From assembly GCA_963825135.1 (NCBI GenBank), contig CAWGRW010000010.1, forward strand, positions 32,001-96,000: a stretch of DNA of 64,000 bases, read 5' to 3'. The notes beneath the pieces are model-generated. The model worked only from the letters and a program-made list of their open reading frames with translations, ran no database searches and had not been told where the DNA came from. Both the position numbers and the translations under genes were made by a program. Of this stretch, positions 41,074 to 51,874 are shown in pieces (position 1 is the first letter of the stretch; each line of letters opens with the position of its first letter). The stretch comes from an uncultured bacterium. GTDB lineage: Bacteria > Desulfobacterota_D > UBA1144 > Nemesobacterales > UBA2774.

Positions 41074-41367
41074 TTATAGTTCTCTTTTTATAGCTCTCTT
41101 AAAAAGTTTCATAGCCCCCATCGTGGTCATTCCCATCAGCTCGCCCATCTCGCCATACGAGCGCTCCACCCCGTCTTCAAACCCGTATCGAAGTTTTATG
41201 GCCGTCCTCTCCTTCGGAGTAAGCGCGGAGAATATTTCCTCCACCCGTGAGTGGCTCACCCTTTCCCTCACCTCCGCCGGCATCAGGTGGATAATATTTA
41301 TAATTCTGTCGTTACTATTCTGCCCCATATTTTGGTCAGGATTAGGACGTTTCATGATGCTTAGCAT
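41074..41367 (-). CDS. Sigma-70 region 4 HTH small protein
   Basis: LTPKERTAIKLRYG.......SYGEMG..MG......KRAI. Confidence 0.7.
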   Translation of the reverse strand: MLSIMKRPNPDQNMGQNSNDRIINIIHLMPAEVRERVSHSRVEEIFSALTPKERTAIKLRYGFEDGVERSYGEMGELMGMTTMGAMKLFKRAIKREL

Positions 41368-41401
41368 TTATTATGATTTATCTGATTCAACCCCCTCCCC
41401 C

Positions 41402-41878
41402 CTACTCCGCCGGCTTCCCCGTCACCGCGAACGACTCCGCGATCACGTTCACTACCGGCCCGTACGTCTCCTTCTTCGCCTCCGGATACTCGATCTCGAG
41501 CGTGTAATACACGTTATTCTTGAGCATCTTCTTTATGTAATACACCTCCCCGTTCCTCACCCCCGAGATCTCGAACCACTGCTCCCCGTATATCACCTTG
41601 AATTTGTCGTCCGGGCTCTGGAGGTTTTCGTACTCGTACTTGAGCGTCGTGTTGTCGACGTTGTTCGACGCCTTCACCCTCATGTCCGCGTCCTGGCTCT
41701 TCGAAAGGAGCGTTATCCCCGACTTGTCGTCGAGCTCGCTTTGAATCGTGAATACGTCCTTCGGATATTTGAGCGTGTACCCGAACCCTATGTTCACGTA
41801 CCTCTCGTACCCCTCGTCCGCGAACGCCCCCAGCCCCACGGCAAGCATCAATACGAGCACGCCTGTGAATTTCCTCAT
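41402..41878 (-). CDS. Secreted PsbP-like protein
   Basis: Signal peptide MRKFTGVLV; YVN..FGYTLKYP; ATGA overlap with the upstream gene. Confidence 0.75.
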   Translation of the reverse strand: MRKFTGVLVLMLAVGLGAFADEGYERYVNIGFGYTLKYPKDVFTIQSELDDKSGITLLSKSQDADMRVKASNNVDNTTLKYEYENLQSPDDKFKVIYGEQWFEISGVRNGEVYYIKKMLKNNVYYTLEIEYPEAKKETYGPVVNVIAESFAVTGKPAE

Positions 41879-42741
41879 CGCACTTTCTCCCTTATTCCTT
41901 TTTCGGGCTCCTCTAACGACCCGTAAAGCACATTTCCATGCCTGTTCTCTATACTCATCATAACATTTATGCTTCCGCCCTTCGCCTTCTCGGCCTCCCT
42001 GATAATGCGGTCTATATCCTCGAGTCCGTCCTTCCTGAAGAGGAGAAAGTCCTGGGTCCTCTTGTAACGGAGGTCCTCGTTCCTCACCCTGAGCGTGAAC
42101 CACTCTACCGGCTTCCCGTTCCAGTTCTGCCTGGACTCCACTATCTCCAGATACCTTATATCGCCGTACTTGATCGTGACCGGCTTTAACGTCAGCCCGG
42201 TGTTATAGACGATCCCCGTCTCCGACACTCCCACGTACATATTGTAGAGCCGGAAATTGAGCGCCGTGCACAGGATTCCGGCCGCGAGCACGACCGGCTT
42301 GAAACGCGGTATGTCTTTATAGAGCGGCCATCCGTCGTATCTCCTCAGGAGGAATTTCCTCACGTCGTCCTCCCCGCGCCTCGCGTAGAGCCAGGAGAAG
42401 AAAAAGAGCATCAGGAACACGGCCATTATCGCCGAAGGAATGACCGGGTACAGGACATAGTCCGAGTACCTGAGCACGTACGTCAGCCCCCGGTCCCCGG
42501 CGACGTCCCGGAGGAGATAGGCCTGGAGGACGCTCAGAAGGACCGCGGCCGTCGTATACGCCGCGAATATATAGAGGTAATGCCTCGCCCTGAATTTATA
42601 CGGGGTCAGCCCGTGCCCGAGCTTCTGTATCTCGCCCTCGACGAAATAGTCCCTCAGGCTTATCGGGAAAAACACCGCGAGCACGATCGACGCGATCAGC
42701 GGAAACCCGACCGCGATATAATCGGTAAAGCCCATGTTCAT
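41875..42741 (-). CDS. Integral membrane protein, hypothetical
   Basis: Four TM helices followed by a PH-like segment. Confidence 0.7.
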   Translation of the reverse strand: MNMGFTDYIAVGFPLIASIVLAVFFPISLRDYFVEGEIQKLGHGLTPYKFRARHYLYIFAAYTTAAVLLSVLQAYLLRDVAGDRGLTYVLRYSDYVLYPVIPSAIMAVFLMLFFFSWLYARRGEDDVRKFLLRRYDGWPLYKDIPRFKPVVLAAGILCTALNFRLYNMYVGVSETGIVYNTGLTLKPVTIKYGDIRYLEIVESRQNWNGKPVEWFTLRVRNEDLRYKRTQDFLLFRKDGLEDIDRIIREAEKAKGGSINVMMSIENRHGNVLYGSLEEPEKGIREKVR

Positions 42742-42889
42742 CAGACTAATATTCCGTCATTAGCCGCCGTTGTCAAAACTTCTTTTTTTGTAATTTTTAT
42801 ATGTATGTGACGGAAATTTCTCCGGTCATTCCATGAAGCGCTGTCCCGCCCCGCCGCCTAAACCGGAACTGCCCAAGCATGCTCTAATA

Positions 42890-44260
42890 TTTTCCCCTCC
42901 CCCTACACAAGGGAGAGGGTGAGGGTGGGGGTTACCACGTTAATCTTATCTTTAACCTTTAATTCCTTCCCCCCTGCGAGGGGGAAGGTTAGGATGGGGG
43001 GCACCTTGGCCAAATAAATCAAAACCGGCTTTGCCTTTCAATTCATTTCGCTCGATCGTGCCTGAACAAAAATAGTGCGAGCGGGGGTGTCATTTCGAGC
43101 TTAAGGCGAGAAATCTATCTTTGCCTTTTCTTCCCCGACATTACAGAATTTGCGTCACATTGTTTCCCTCCCCCTTCCCAAGGGGGAGGGTGTGGGTGGG
43201 GGTTTACCTTATCAGCCGTCAATCCAGAGAGTCTTTCTCTTTCCAAGGTCAGCAGTCCAATTGAAAGATTTTAGCTTAAACATAAGATTTTTAGCGTAAT
43301 TCTGTAGTCGGATTGATTTTTGCTTCTTTTCATCAAGGAAAAGAAGGATAAAAAAATAGCCTTTCACCTTTCTTTGTCTTTCCGAAAGGCCCACGGCAAT
43401 CTCTCCCTCCCCTCCGCCGCGAGAATAATAGAAGCGATACCGAACCCGTTCACCCTGAGCGCACACGAAGTGTGCCGTCGAAGGGCACATTATCCGTCAT
43501 TGCGAGGCTTCGCAGAAGCCGCGGCAATCTCATATTTAAAATTTATTTCCCTCCCCATCACATACCCGAGAGGGGGAGGGTTAAGGGTGGGGGTGTCACC
43601 TTTCATACATTAAATCATGCTTAAGTCTTTCTCTTCCCCGACATTACAGAATTTGCGTCACATTGTTTCCCTCCCCCTTTTCAAAGTGGGAACGGATGCG
43701 AGCGTGCAAGCATTCAGTCGCTCTTCCAACAAAGTCCGTGAGGCATATTAACCCCCCGCTCGACGATGCCTGAGCCAAAATAGTTCGGGTGGGGGTTTAC
43801 CTTATCAGCCTATCAATCCAGAGAGTCTTTCTCTTCCCGACATTACAGAATTTGCGTTAAGAAAATCGATTGTACGAGCGTTAAGAATCTTACGTGGGCA
43901 GGGGTGGGATCGAAAGATTTAGCGAGTACATGAGATTTTTAGCAAATTATGTAGTCGGATGATTTTTGCTTCTTTTCATCAAGGAAAAGAAGGATAAAAA
44001 AACAGCTTTTCACCTTTCTTTTGTCTTCCCGAAAGGCCCGCGGCAATCTCTCCCCCCCTCCGCCGCGAGAATAATAGAAGCGATTCCCTCCCCCGTTCGC
44101 CCCGAGCCTGTCAAAAGGTCGAAGGGTGGACGCGAGTCATTTCGAGCACAGCGCGGCAACCACATATTTAATATTTTTCCCCTCTCCCCTTTTTTGAGGG
44201 CGGGAGAGGGCCAGGGTGAGGGGGTACCATATCGTAGGAGCGGCTTCCAGCCGCGATTCA
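42890..44260. repeat. Intergenic mosaic of REP/MITE-like modules
   Basis: CCCTCCCCC..GGGAGGG..GGGTGGGGG, CCGTTCACCCTGAGC..GTCGAAGGG, GTCATTGCGAG..GCAATCT and GTAGGAGCGGC..GCCGCGA modules. Confidence 0.85.
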
Positions 44261-44320
44261 TTAAGTTACTTCTGCGGATTTATTTTTAATCCTGTATATC
44301 AAACAATTAACATATAAATT

Positions 44321-44549
44321 GCAATAGCGGCAATAGAAAATCGCATAATCCGGCCGGCTCCCGCCCGTCGTACCCAACGCCTCACACCATGTCTCACACC
44401 ATTACGCAATAGCGGCAATAGAAACGCCGTCTTTCTCCCCACGCCCGAGCAATCCGCATCCAAACCATTCGCAATAGCGGCATTAGTAACGGCCGATCGA
44501 CCCTCACATCGGAGATTGCCCGTCAACGAATCCGCAATAGCGGCATTAA
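44321..44549 (+). repeat. Four spaced GCAATAGCGGCAWTA direct repeats
   Basis: Copies at 44321, 44406, 44471 and 44534. Confidence 0.8.
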
Positions 44550-44556
44550 AATCCCG

Positions 44557-45627
44557 TCACTGCCCGCCGCTTCCGAGAAACTCGGTCACCTGCGCCGGAG
44601 TCACGTCGAGCGTATCCGCGTCGTGCTCCCCGCCCTCGGTTATCGATATCACGTTCGTCACGCCCGCCGCGTCGAGCGCGTCCTCGAGATCGACCGCCTG
44701 CATCCAGGGCACGAAGCAGTCCTTCGTCCCGGCCGCGATAAACACGGGCGGGTCCCCGGCGTCGACGTGCGTAACCGGGCTCGCCTCGTCGAGGTCGTTC
44801 TCATCGCAACCGCTGAGAGGGTCCTGCAGATTGTCAGGCACCGGACATTCGAGGAGCGCCCAGATCGGGAGCGGGTTAAGCTCGATCCCGCAGCTCCCTG
44901 TGAGCAGCACGTCGAGCGCCTCGTCCACGATCGTATCGAAATCATACGGCCCGTAGAAGAGCACCGCCGCGGCGACATCGCTCGAAGCCCCGGGGTTCAC
45001 CGTCCCCTCGAGGTCCGCGACGCCCGACGATAGCGCGATCATCGCCGCCAGGTGAGCTCCCGCCGACTCCCCCGTCACTATTATCGCGTCCGGGTCGACG
45101 CCCAGCTCCTCCGAGTTCAATTTAATCCACCTCACGGCGGACTTCACCTCCCGGATAATCCCCGGCCAGTCCTCCGCCCCCTGCCCGACGAGCCTGTACC
45201 CGACCGATATAAGCTGAAACCCGCCGGCCTCCGCTATGTCAAACGCTATCCCCTCTATGTTCTCCTTCGAATTGATCACCCACCCGCCTCCGTGAAACCA
45301 CACGAGCGCGGGCCTCGGCGCGGATACGCCCTTTATCCTGTACAGGTCGAGCGTCTGTCTCTCCGTCCCTCCCTCCACGTAGAAAAACGTCTCGGGCTCC
45401 GGAGCGAGCGTCCCCCCCGTCTCAATATCTATGCCCGGGCCGCTCCCGTTCCCGCCCCCGCCGCCGGTGCCGCCGCCGGTCCCGCCGCCGTCGCACCCGA
45501 TCGCCGCCGCTGCCGCGCACAATATCAGGAACATCACGAGCGCGCGGATATTGTCGCTCCACTCGTTCTTTTTTTCACGGATATTCATATCATCCTCCCT
45601 CGTATCGTGGAGATACCCTCCATACAT
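44557..45627 (-). CDS. Alpha/beta hydrolase (esterase/lipase) lipoprotein
   Basis: HGGGW, GESAG, D and H catalytic residues; lipobox AIGC. Confidence 0.92.
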   Translation of the reverse strand: MYGGYLHDTREDDMNIREKKNEWSDNIRALVMFLILCAAAAAIGCDGGGTGGGTGGGGGNGSGPGIDIETGGTLAPEPETFFYVEGGTERQTLDLYRIKGVSAPRPALVWFHGGGWVINSKENIEGIAFDIAEAGGFQLISVGYRLVGQGAEDWPGIIREVKSAVRWIKLNSEELGVDPDAIIVTGESAGAHLAAMIALSSGVADLEGTVNPGASSDVAAAVLFYGPYDFDTIVDEALDVLLTGSCGIELNPLPIWALLECPVPDNLQDPLSGCDENDLDEASPVTHVDAGDPPVFIAAGTKDCFVPWMQAVDLEDALDAAGVTNVISITEGGEHDADTLDVTPAQVTEFLGSGGQ

Positions 45628-46459
45628 TATACAGGGTGCTATCGGCGGAAGAAGCTGTTTTTTATAGACGCGTGCGGCTCGACTACAGGCCGCGTTACAT
45701 GCACTTGCAATCCCCCCGCCCGCCCCCTTCCTTTAACAAACCTAAAGTGATTTCTCACCGACCCCGGGACGTGCCTTAAAGTAAAGCGAATACTGTTCAA
45801 GAACTGTCTTTAATGTCCTATCTTAACTATTATATATATTCCGGACAGGCGCTTAGCCCTCATATTTTATATATACTTTATATTACATCATATCCATTCT
45901 AAAACACTTAATAAAACTAACGTAACGATCAAGCCCCTACTCCAGAATTTACTTTAACAGAGGAATCTCTCTCCCGCCCTTTCGGAAATAGGGCGAACCG
46001 TGATTAAGGCGGGTTAGCAGACCCGTTCACGACCCGGATCCCCGGTTAGTCCTCCCCCGCGGAGTGCGTCACCGGACACTCCCGGCATCTTTATGATTAT
46101 TTAAGAATTCAATTGACAGCTTCATCGCTTATCAGATTTCACCAACAATTTTCAGAATTCAACAAGATGCTACTTGACACTGCAGTGTAAGGACGCAATA
46201 ATTAAAAATATTTTGCCGGGGCGTAAATTTTCATCGATAGCGATTAAGAGAGAGGGTTCGCTGTCATGGAATGATTCGAGAAGAGGATATTCAATACCCG
46301 TACGGAAACCGCTTTTGATCTCTTCATCTTAATTCTCCTTGCTAACGGCAAGCTCGAATCAAGAAGCGTAAGCACATTTCATCATCGTTCTCAGCCGTTG
46401 TGTAACTACCGGACCGAGAGCGAATAAGACCATGGATTTCACGCGCTAGTATTAACTCG

Positions 46460-46507
46460 CTCCGTCTCCCTCTACCGCCAGAATGGGGGGGACGGGGCGT
46501 TTTTTTG
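46460..46507 (+). terminator. Putative intrinsic terminator
   Basis: CTCCGTCTCCCT...GGGGGGACGGGGC-T8. Confidence 0.5.
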
Positions 46508-46619
46508 CCGGACGGGGTTGAGTTCCCCAACTTGAGCCCATTTCCCCGATTTGCCGCCCCCCCTTCCCAACCGCCCCCTTCTTCTGATAGACTATCCTTT
46601 TAGCCAAGAAGTCCCTGGG

Positions 46620-47510
46620 GTGAACAATATGATATTGCTGACCGGCGCTACGGGCACGACAGGCCGTAGAGTCGCCAGGCGTTTGACGAAATGGGGTTAC
46701 AGGTTTACAGCAATGGTCCGCGAGCCCGAAAAGGTCTCCGGGTTAAAGTCCTCAAAAGTCGAGCTGATTAAAGGAGATTTCAAAAAGCCTGACTCTCTCA
46801 GGAGAGCGATGGAGGGGATCGAACACGCGTTTCTCCTCCCGCCCAACACCGAGAACCAGTTCAAGCTCGAGAGGAATTTCATCGACGCCGCCAGGGAATC
46901 GGGCGTCAGATACCTCGTCAAGTACTCGGCCATAGGCGCCGATCCCGACTCCCCCGCCCGCCTGCTGAGATGGCACGGCGAGGCGGAAAAGTATCTGGAA
47001 CAATCGGGCCTGCGGTATTCCATCGTCCGCCCGAACATATTCATGCAGAATTTCACGAACCTCTACGCGAGGCTGATAAGGGAGGAAAAGGAGTTCAGGC
47101 TGCCGTTCGGGGACGCGCGGTGCGGATGGGTCGACGTGAGGGACATAGGAAGGCTCATCGCCAGGATGCTGACGGAGAACGGGCACCAGAACAACATACT
47201 CACCGTAACGGGCCCCGAAACACTGAAGTGTAAAGACCTGGCCGAAATCCTCTCCCACGCGGTGGGCAAAAAGATTGAATACGTGGACGTGAAGCCCAGG
47301 GAATTCAAAAAAGAGATGATTGAAACGGGCGTGCCCGAAATTATGGCCGAAGCGGCAACGGAGCTTTTCAAGCTCGTCAGCGACGGTCTCTGTGACGCAG
47401 TCACCGACACCTTCTATGAAATTACAGAGAAGCAGCCCCGCACCTTCGAGGAATTCGTCGACGACAACCTTACCTTCTTCCTCAAGAAGAAAACCAAATC
47501 GAAAAAATAA
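46620..47510 (+). CDS. NmrA-like SDR/NAD(P)H-binding protein
   Basis: TGATGTTG, RPNIFMQN, VDVRDI, TGPE. Confidence 0.9.
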   Translation: MNNMILLTGATGTTGRRVARRLTKWGYRFTAMVREPEKVSGLKSSKVELIKGDFKKPDSLRRAMEGIEHAFLLPPNTENQFKLERNFIDAARESGVRYLVKYSAIGADPDSPARLLRWHGEAEKYLEQSGLRYSIVRPNIFMQNFTNLYARLIREEKEFRLPFGDARCGWVDVRDIGRLIARMLTENGHQNNILTVTGPETLKCKDLAEILSHAVGKKIEYVDVKPREFKKEMIETGVPEIMAEAATELFKLVSDGLCDAVTDTFYEITEKQPRTFEEFVDDNLTFFLKKKTKSKK

Positions 47511-47946
47511 TTTTTACAATTCGCGGGAGCGGCTTTCAGCAGCGTCGCACGTAGTGTGCGCATATACGCGTCCTTCGAACCTCCACCGCCCAATCCAGCG
47601 ACCGCCGCACAACCCGTTAGGCGAGCCTGTCAAAGGGTCGAATGGCGCAGTTTTATTCCCTCTCCCTCCACAGGAGGGGAGAGGGCCAGGGTGAGGGTGT
47701 ACCTTAGATAAATAAACAATAAATCCGTTCACCCTGAGCATAGCCTATCCTGAGCGAAGTCGCAGAATATTCCTTGATTCCCCTCTCCCTCCACAGGAGG
47801 GGAGAGGGACAGGGTGAGGGTGTACGACCGGTGGAATTAATTCCCGTTTCGCGCCGTTCACGGAATTTGCGGCGGGCGCACCCCTCCGGCGCCGCGCCAT
47901 AAAAGTCAGTCGGAATTATTACGAAAGACCAGGCGAATGCCCCTTC

Positions 47947-48519
47947 TCAATACCACCAGTACCGCCTTGGATACGGCCCCCAGTAGTATGGCCCGGGGAA
48001 CCGGCATACCCTGTATCCCGTGTACCAGTTATAGTGGCACACGGCCCCGTCAGGCGCGACCCACCAGTCTATGAACACCGATGTGAGCCCGCCTTCGGGC
48101 GGCATCTTCCCGTCGAGCACCTTCACGTCGTACGTAAGGTCGCCCTTCTCGCTCAGGGCCGGGTTGGAAAGCTCGACGACCACGTCCGCATCGGTCATAC
48201 CTTCCCTATCGCCGATTATGGACAGGTTGGCGTTAGGCGGGTCGTTCTTGAAGCTGTCCTTCCCCTCGTCCCACATCTTGAGGAAATGGGTCGTCGGGAA
48301 ATGCCCCGCCATCCTCTCGGGCCTGTCGGCGAAGAACACCATCGAGGGCGATACGTTCTTTAAGGTCAGCTTCCCGTCCTTATACGACATGGACGTCGCC
48401 GTCTGGACGAAAAGGAAGCTGTACGGGGTCTGGCCCGCGTTCCCCTGCTGGGCGAATGACGCCGTAGAGAATACCGTCAACAAAATTACTGCCAGCGAAG
48501 CAATTACCGTTCTTGCCAT
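47947..48519 (-). CDS. Secreted hypothetical protein
   Basis: Signal peptide MARTVIASL; LFVQTA, FADRPER, PPNA; GAGGT RBS. Confidence 0.75.
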   Translation of the reverse strand: MARTVIASLAVILLTVFSTASFAQQGNAGQTPYSFLFVQTATSMSYKDGKLTLKNVSPSMVFFADRPERMAGHFPTTHFLKMWDEGKDSFKNDPPNANLSIIGDREGMTDADVVVELSNPALSEKGDLTYDVKVLDGKMPPEGGLTSVFIDWWVAPDGAVCHYNWYTGYRVCRFPGPYYWGPYPRRYWWY

Positions 48520-49220
48520 ATTACACCTCTCGAAAATGTAATTTCGGATACCGATTTGCCTAATATTACCATCAATCCCGCCGGGTTTATAAACCGAATT
48601 TGTAATCCGGATAATTTTCTTCCGGATCTCCCCCGCTAAACCCGGCGACCAGGCCAAATCCGTTCACCCCGAGCGCACACGTAGCGTGCTGTCGAAGGGT
48701 CTTCTTTAATTTCCCTCCCCCTTAGAGGGGGAACGCTTCGAGCAAGCAAGCAGTCGGTCGCTCTTCCAACAAAGTCCGTGAGGCATATTAACCATCTCCC
48801 GCTTGCGAGCTTGGCGAGATGGTACCTGAGCCACGAAGATAGTTCGAGTGGGGGGTGGTTACGATTACACTTCAACCAATCCAGAGAAGTTCGGCTCTTT
48901 TCTTCCCGACATTACAGAATTTGCGTCAAGAAAATCGATTGTACGAGCGTTAAGAATCTTACGTGGGCCGGGGCGGGATCGGAAGATTTAGCGAGTACAT
49001 GAGATTTTTAGCAAATTATGTAGTCGGATGATTTTTGCTTCTTTTCATCAAGGAAAAGAAGGATAAAAAAAACAGCCTTTCACCATTCTAGTCTTTTCAT
49101 GATCTTTTCATAGACCACTTTAGGTGCACGGTGTTTTCAGAACCCACACTATGTGCGTTCATCAAGGAAAAGAAGGATGAAAAAAACAGCTTTTCACCTT
49201 TCTTTATCTTTCCGAAAGGC

Positions 49221-50460
49221 CTACGGCAATCTCTCCCTCCCCTCCGCCGCGAGAATAATAGCCGCTAGTATCGCCACCCCCGCAAGCGCGACCAGAGGCA
49301 GCCTGAGCGCGAGCGCCGCAAGGAGCCCCGCCGCTAACCCCGAGAGCGCCTCCGCTCCCACGAGGATCGACTGGTTATTCCCGAGCACGCTCCCCTGCTC
49401 GTCCGCGCTTACCATCAGCGAAAGCATCGACGCGCACGCGGGCAGGGCCACGGCGATCGCGAGGCCGGGCAGGAACAGCGTCGCCCAGAGCGCCCCTTCC
49501 TGCCGGGGCAGCAATATCAGCGGCATTAGTATCCCGAGCAGCGCCGTCGAGTAAATGGTTATCTTCCTCGCAGAGAACCGCGTCGCCAGGTATCCCGTCA
49601 GCCACACATTGGCCAGCACGATTGGCACAGCTACCCACGCGATGAAATCGGACACCCTCCCCACTCCCATATTGTAGCGGTCGACGAGATACATGGGGTA
49701 CGCCCTGAAAAATCCGAATATGGAAAAGTAGATGAGAAAATTCACGAGATATACGGTCCTTATCCGCCCGGCAGCTGAATATCGTAAGCATGTTTGTGAA
49801 CGCTTCGGCGTAATTTGTCTTCGCCCCGGCATCGGGCGTGCGTGTTTCTTCGAATACGTAGTAAGTGAACGCGAGGGCGAATAGCAGGAGTATGAATACC
49901 GCCCAATACGGGGTCGCGTAATCGAACCACGGCATGACCGCCGGGTCCGCGAGCTTCCCTCCGACGAGTGGCCCGGCGACGAATGCGCCGCTCCCGCTCA
50001 GGTACATATATCCGAAAAGCCTGCTCCTGTTCTCCTCGGTACTCACGTCGGCGATCGCGCTCTGGGCCGTCACGATGTCGGCGTCGGCGAGCCCCATTAA
50101 AAGAGAGATACCCATGAGCGCGGGCAGGCAGTTCAACTGAAGCGAAATTGCGAAGAGGGCGTAGCACATCGCGATGACGGCCAGCGAGACGAGGAGCACC
50201 GGCCTTCTTCCGAACCTGTCCGACATCGCGCCCATCACGGGCGAGCCCAGGAACTGCCCCAGCGGATAGAGCGTTAGAAGCACTCCCAGCACGATTGACC
50301 TGTCCGCATCGAACGGCAGCGAGTCGAGTATGCCCCCGCTGTTGTCGAGGATCATGGGCGTCATGATCGCCGTCATCAGGCTGTAGCCTATGAACCCTAT
50401 GAATATTACGAAGTAGAGCGGGAGTATCTGAAGAAAGCCCGATTTCCGGTTGTCTGTCAT
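49221..50460 (-). CDS. MFS (TetA-like) transporter, frameshift at ~49768
   Basis: GAMSDRFGRRPVL, GPLVGG; two ORFs join in one reading path. Confidence 0.88.
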
Positions 50461-51287
50461 CGCGTTAACCCCGGCCAGCCGCATGAGATTAACCGCCAAA
50501 CGGAATCTTGTCATTCCCGGCCGGGCGGGGAAACAAGTATATCGCAGGAGCGGCTTCCAGCCGCGGCACATGCGTAGTAAGGCACAGAACCCGTGCTCGT
50601 GCACATTCCCTCCGAATCTCTTCCGGTCATACCGGCAACGAAGCCAGACCCGTTCGTTCTGAGCTTGTCGAAGAACAATTGCGAGCGAGTGAGCAATTGG
50701 TCGCCCTTGCTAACCTTGTATCGAAGATTATTGAAACGGTCAATGAGCCAATGATATGTCAGCGGCGACACTCCACCCGTTCACCCCGAGCGCGTACGAA
50801 GTGTGCTGTCGAAGGATCTTCCTTAATTCCCTCCCCCTCAATAGGAGGGGGGAGGGTTAGGGTGGGGGTGTACCTAGATATGTAAAACCGTTCGTGCTGA
50901 GCTAGTCGAAGCACGTCACCGACATTACAGAATTTGCGTTAAGAAAATCGATTGTACGAGCGTTAAGAAATCTTAGTGGGCTGGGGTTGAATTGGAAGAT
51001 TTAGCTGAGAACATGAGATTTTTAGCAAATTCTGTAGAGTTCGGACCACATGTGATTTTTGCTTCTTTTCATCAAGGAAAAGAAGGATAAAAAAAACAGC
51101 CTCTCACCTTTCTTTTCTTTTCATTATCTTTTCATAGACCATTTAGGTGCACGGTGTTTTCATTAACCACACTACGTGTGTGGTGTGTGATTTTTGCTTC
51201 TTTGTATCCAGACAAAGAAGAAAATAATATTGTCTTTGTCTTTTCTTTGTCTTTCCGAAAATCGCCACAGAATCGCGGCAATTCCCC

Positions 51288-51560
51288 CTACTCCGCCATC
51301 AAAAACGCCTTTATCCTCTCCTGAGGATCGATGGACAAAACGAGATAGCATAATATAGATACCGCAATCACAATCACGGCCGCGATGACGATCAGGCCGG
51401 CCCTGCTGAAGTTCCTCCTGTTGGGGTCGATCCCCCTGCCGAACGACCAGTATAGCAGGACCGCCACGTTAAGCATCGGCACCAGAGCGACTATTATCGT
51501 TACCATCCAGCCCGGTACCGAAATCGGCTTCATATCCGTGCCGGTCGTCCCTGAATTCAT
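51288..51560 (-). CDS. Small two-TM membrane protein
   Basis: ISVPGWM...VPMLN..LLYWSF...NRRNFSRA. Confidence 0.7.
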   Translation of the reverse strand: MNSGTTGTDMKPISVPGWMVTIIVALVPMLNVAVLLYWSFGRGIDPNRRNFSRAGLIVIAAVIVIAVSILCYLVLSIDPQERIKAFLMAE

Positions 51561-51874
51561 CTTCCTCTCCCGTCATAAAGAAATATTTCAAACCCTAATG
51601 CCCGGCCGCCGGAGGCTTTTCAAGCTCATCAAAACTCCGGTTATCCGCCTCCCTCCCTCAAATCCGGTTCGGTCGTTCCCGGCGGTCTTTACCGGGGATC
51701 CGTTCTCGCGCTTAGCGGCCGCGAGCGCGCCTGAAAATATATACGAACCGTCCCGTCATAAAGTTTTATGTTGCGTTCGCGCCGCCCCGCTCCCCTCTGC
51801 TCTTTTTCATTGTTAACCCTCCCGTTTCATGTTACGTTGAAAGTAGCGTCTGAGAACCAACCGGAGGTCGCGGC

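Noticed and set aside
43212..44289. Short ORFs within repeat mosaics (also near 48.7, 53.5, 55.2, 56.5, 60.2 and 62.7 kb)
   Set aside because: Translations of repeated non-coding modules, without RBS or codon bias
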